Below are positions 61,721 through 64,000 of a stretch of 64,000 nt of DNA, piece after piece. This DNA is from a virus. Positions within the stretch are counted from its first letter, which is position 1. Every line of letters begins with the position of its first letter. Below the pieces are notes generated by a model, which was not told the DNA's origin, made no database searches, and worked only from the letters and a program-made list of their open reading frames with translations. Made by a program: the position numbers and the translations under genes. The stretch covers positions 64,001 to 128,000 of the IMG/VR virus record IMGVR_UViG_3300043449_002292. One strand, written 5' to 3'.

Positions 61721-63979
61721 TTACACCATCCTCGCGGGTCCGAAAAGCTCCGATTCGCTAAAATCAGAGAATACAGCGGATATGTAATACTTCACGCTGT
61801 CAAGCGGGGCGTCTATCTCATTGTCGACGTATGACATGCTGTTTGTCTCGCAGTATTGCAGCGCTTTCACGGGTGCCATCCTTCCATTGTAATCAGCATA
61901 AAGGATAATGTGATCCAGAGGTTGAATTCCTGCTTTAAGCTGCCACTTGAGAATGTTACCGTTCACTCCAGCCTTAGCTTTGAAATCGTTGACCTGGATA
62001 TTGCTACCCTGACTTTTTACTGTCACGATCGCAGTGATTGATGTGGGCCCCTGGATCATCTCGTCATCGCTGCTGGCGTAGGCAGGAGTTGATGACCCAG
62101 TTTTTGCCCCGAACCTCTGCTGCTTCGACGTTGAATCAAGAGATCCTCTTCTAGAGACTTTAGATGAGGTAAATTTTTTCATATTGGTCTGATATTGCTT
62201 ACCAGTCTGCTGGTCGGTTTGAGTCACAGAAGTTTCTGAAAACACAGAGCTAGCATTTCGAACCAGTAACCTAACATGATAGTAGTACGTTCTTCCAGGT
62301 TGGATAGGAGAAACTCCGTTGCTTTTTCTGGAGCTTTCATCATCTATGAACGTTCCTGCTGGAAATACGCCGAAATATTCGTTAAGTCCGGAAGTCGTGT
62401 CGAACCTGGTAATTTCAAACGCCGTAATTCCGCTTAACAGCTCCCTATTGTTCTTTAACTCTTCTACGTATTGAGTCGAAAGACCCGATTGTTCTATTAT
62501 AGCGTAGATCTTGTCCAACGTTGCGTCATCAGGTGGGACGCTAAGCGTGAATGAAGCTCTTTGTGTCCCTGCGATATTCGTGGAGACATCAGTTACGTTA
62601 ATTCCTCGTTGTCCCATCGAAAGTTTATCATTCAAAAATCTTGCCACACATGAATTTTGAGAGAGCCTCTCGCTTCCAGATTTGTCCGTGAGAATTAGAC
62701 GATACTCGAATGTATGATCAAGGGTTGTGGGTTCATCAGCGAAGCTGGCCGTTTTATCTTCTCTACGTAGATTCAATGAGCTTTTAGTTTTCAATGAATT
62801 GGGATTCGTGAAGACAGTTTCATGTAAAGTTAGATCTTTTCGAACCAACCTTAAAGAGATGACATCATCTGGAATATTAAATACTTTGATGTTAACCGCT
62901 GTGCCCTCTTCATAGGCAAAGATCGCAGTTGTATCAGCTTGGTATTTTTTGTTGTATCCTAGACCAGCCTGAACAAAGCTTGAGAATTGACCTGAGTACA
63001 CGCCAAATTCGTTGAACGGAACAACTCGATAAATACAACTACTCAAAGATTTTGGTCTGTCAACAAATCTAACAGAATCACCGTCTTTGGCTGCAAGATC
63101 AGCAATCTTTAGGAACGTCGCACCGCTTCCCGCGTCCATCGATTTACGGTATATCTTCAAACGATAAGCGTTCGGGTCCATCTGCTTCGCGACGATTACC
63201 CTGTTGGCGCCGTACGATGCGAACTGACACGCTGGTTCTTTGGTCGGTATGACGAAGTCAGAGTAAATCTCTGCTAGATTAACGTTAAAAGCTATCGTCT
63301 GCAATACACTTACGGTTGATTGATTGGCTCCTGAGCTCGAAACAACGTCAACTTCGACCCTAACATTTGCCAACGATTGCTTCGATAGATCAAAGAATAT
63401 TGGAACGTCAATAAATTTTATAGGCTCATCTTCTAGATAAGTCTGTGAGCTTTTTGAACTTGACGTCTTAATTAAAGAATTTCTAAATTGTAGTTCCTTG
63501 TCTTCCGCTCTTGAAAGTAGATTGTCGATTGTCTTAAAACCCGACAACTTGGACTTCTCAGGTGAGAAGAATCTTGCCATATTGACGATGCTGGCCGAAT
63601 CTTTCTTTCTCCTGTATAAAAGATCGACCCTCATTGATTGAGTTGACATACGACCTGCTGGTTTGCTCTGTTGCAAGGAAGAATTATCGTTGATTACCTC
63701 CTTAGTGTTTTGAAAAACGCTAAGGTTATCGTCCTTGAATTTTAGAACCCTTCTCTTCCCGATTGAGTCTCCGCGTAAGATCGCCAAGATCATGTCATTA
63801 GGAATCTGCTTCGTTATATCGACCGAGCCTTCAAAAATCACGTTGTTAGACTGCTCGAGAGCTCTTGCTTTTTCCCTGGATGAGGAGCTCAGAGCAGCGC
63901 TCGACGTCGCTGCGCTGAACTTTTCTTTGATCGTCTTCCTGTTTGCCTGCAACTTGATCCTAAAATTACAGGATATCAC
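61721..63979 (-). CDS. Virion protein with several FN3-like domains, putative
   Basis: LKIYRK...FVD....CIYRVVP; FAD......FEYRL; FID...PGRTYYYHVR; LKW...YVD.....VKYYISAV. GTG start is near the window edge and uncertain. Confidence 0.65.
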   Translation of the reverse strand: MISCNFRIKLQANRKTIKEKFSAATSSAALSSSSREKARALEQSNNVIFEGSVDITKQIPNDMILAILRGDSIGKRRVLKFKDDNLSVFQNTKEVINDNSSLQQSKPAGRMSTQSMRVDLLYRRKKDSASIVNMARFFSPEKSKLSGFKTIDNLLSRAEDKELQFRNSLIKTSSSKSSQTYLEDEPIKFIDVPIFFDLSKQSLANVRVEVDVVSSSGANQSTVSVLQTIAFNVNLAEIYSDFVIPTKEPACQFASYGANRVIVAKQMDPNAYRLKIYRKSMDAGSGATFLKIADLAAKDGDSVRFVDRPKSLSSCIYRVVPFNEFGVYSGQFSSFVQAGLGYNKKYQADTTAIFAYEEGTAVNIKVFNIPDDVISLRLVRKDLTLHETVFTNPNSLKTKSSLNLRREDKTASFADEPTTLDHTFEYRLILTDKSGSERLSQNSCVARFLNDKLSMGQRGINVTDVSTNIAGTQRASFTLSVPPDDATLDKIYAIIEQSGLSTQYVEELKNNRELLSGITAFEITRFDTTSGLNEYFGVFPAGTFIDDESSRKSNGVSPIQPGRTYYYHVRLLVRNASSVFSETSVTQTDQQTGKQYQTNMKKFTSSKVSRRGSLDSTSKQQRFGAKTGSSTPAYASSDDEMIQGPTSITAIVTVKSQGSNIQVNDFKAKAGVNGNILKWQLKAGIQPLDHIILYADYNGRMAPVKALQYCETNSMSYVDNEIDAPLDSVKYYISAVFSDFSESELFGPARMV

Positions 63980-64000
63980 GTTTAGCCTGACGGCCTGATA

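Noticed and set aside
1-64000. Numerous plus-strand ORFs and alternative-frame minus-strand ORFs (e.g. 213-776, 15937-16584, 38168-38797, 10891-11322)
   Set aside because: They overlap well-supported minus-strand genes, lack motifs and RBSs, and are expected shadows of GC-rich codon usage.
1-64000. Stop-codon reassignment, tRNA genes, integrase or host genes
   Set aside because: Genes tile densely in the standard code with TAA, TGA and TAG all used as stops; intergenic gaps are short with no cloverleaf seen; no integration or cellular genes are recognisable.

Overview
This 64 kb window is part of a large, GC-rich, T4-like (myovirus-type, probably jumbo) bacteriophage genome. All credible genes lie on the minus strand, and the many plus-strand ORFs are antisense shadows. 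In transcription order (high to low coordinates) it carries: putative baseplate/fibre genes (FN3-like, LamG-like, tail-collar-like); a RuvC-like resolvase, primase and fused Mre11-Rad50; large terminase, portal, prohead protease, small head proteins, scaffold, major capsid and a decoration-like protein; a three-gene cassette (Pol-beta-type nucleotidyltransferase, ligase-type nucleotidyltransferase fused to a HIGH-family nucleotidyltransferase, Ala-rich membrane-like protein); neck and tail-terminator genes, two tail sheaths, tail tube, a chaperone pair with a slippery site, tape measure and baseplate genes; then a minimal family A polymerase, a degenerate HD protein, SSB, RecA, 5'-3' exonuclease, helicase and the start of a class II ribonucleotide reductase. 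The best candidate for an undescribed system is the cassette at 30415-34946, which combines three unrelated nucleotidyl-transfer chemistries and carries signals suggesting head packaging and proteolytic maturation. Other highlights are a +1/-2 frameshift candidate in the tail chaperone, an ATANTTAR late-promoter motif, a nested scaffold start, a recurring capsid-targeting-like peptide, and a structured leader upstream of the SSB gene. All calls come from reading motifs and synteny by eye; no searches were run.
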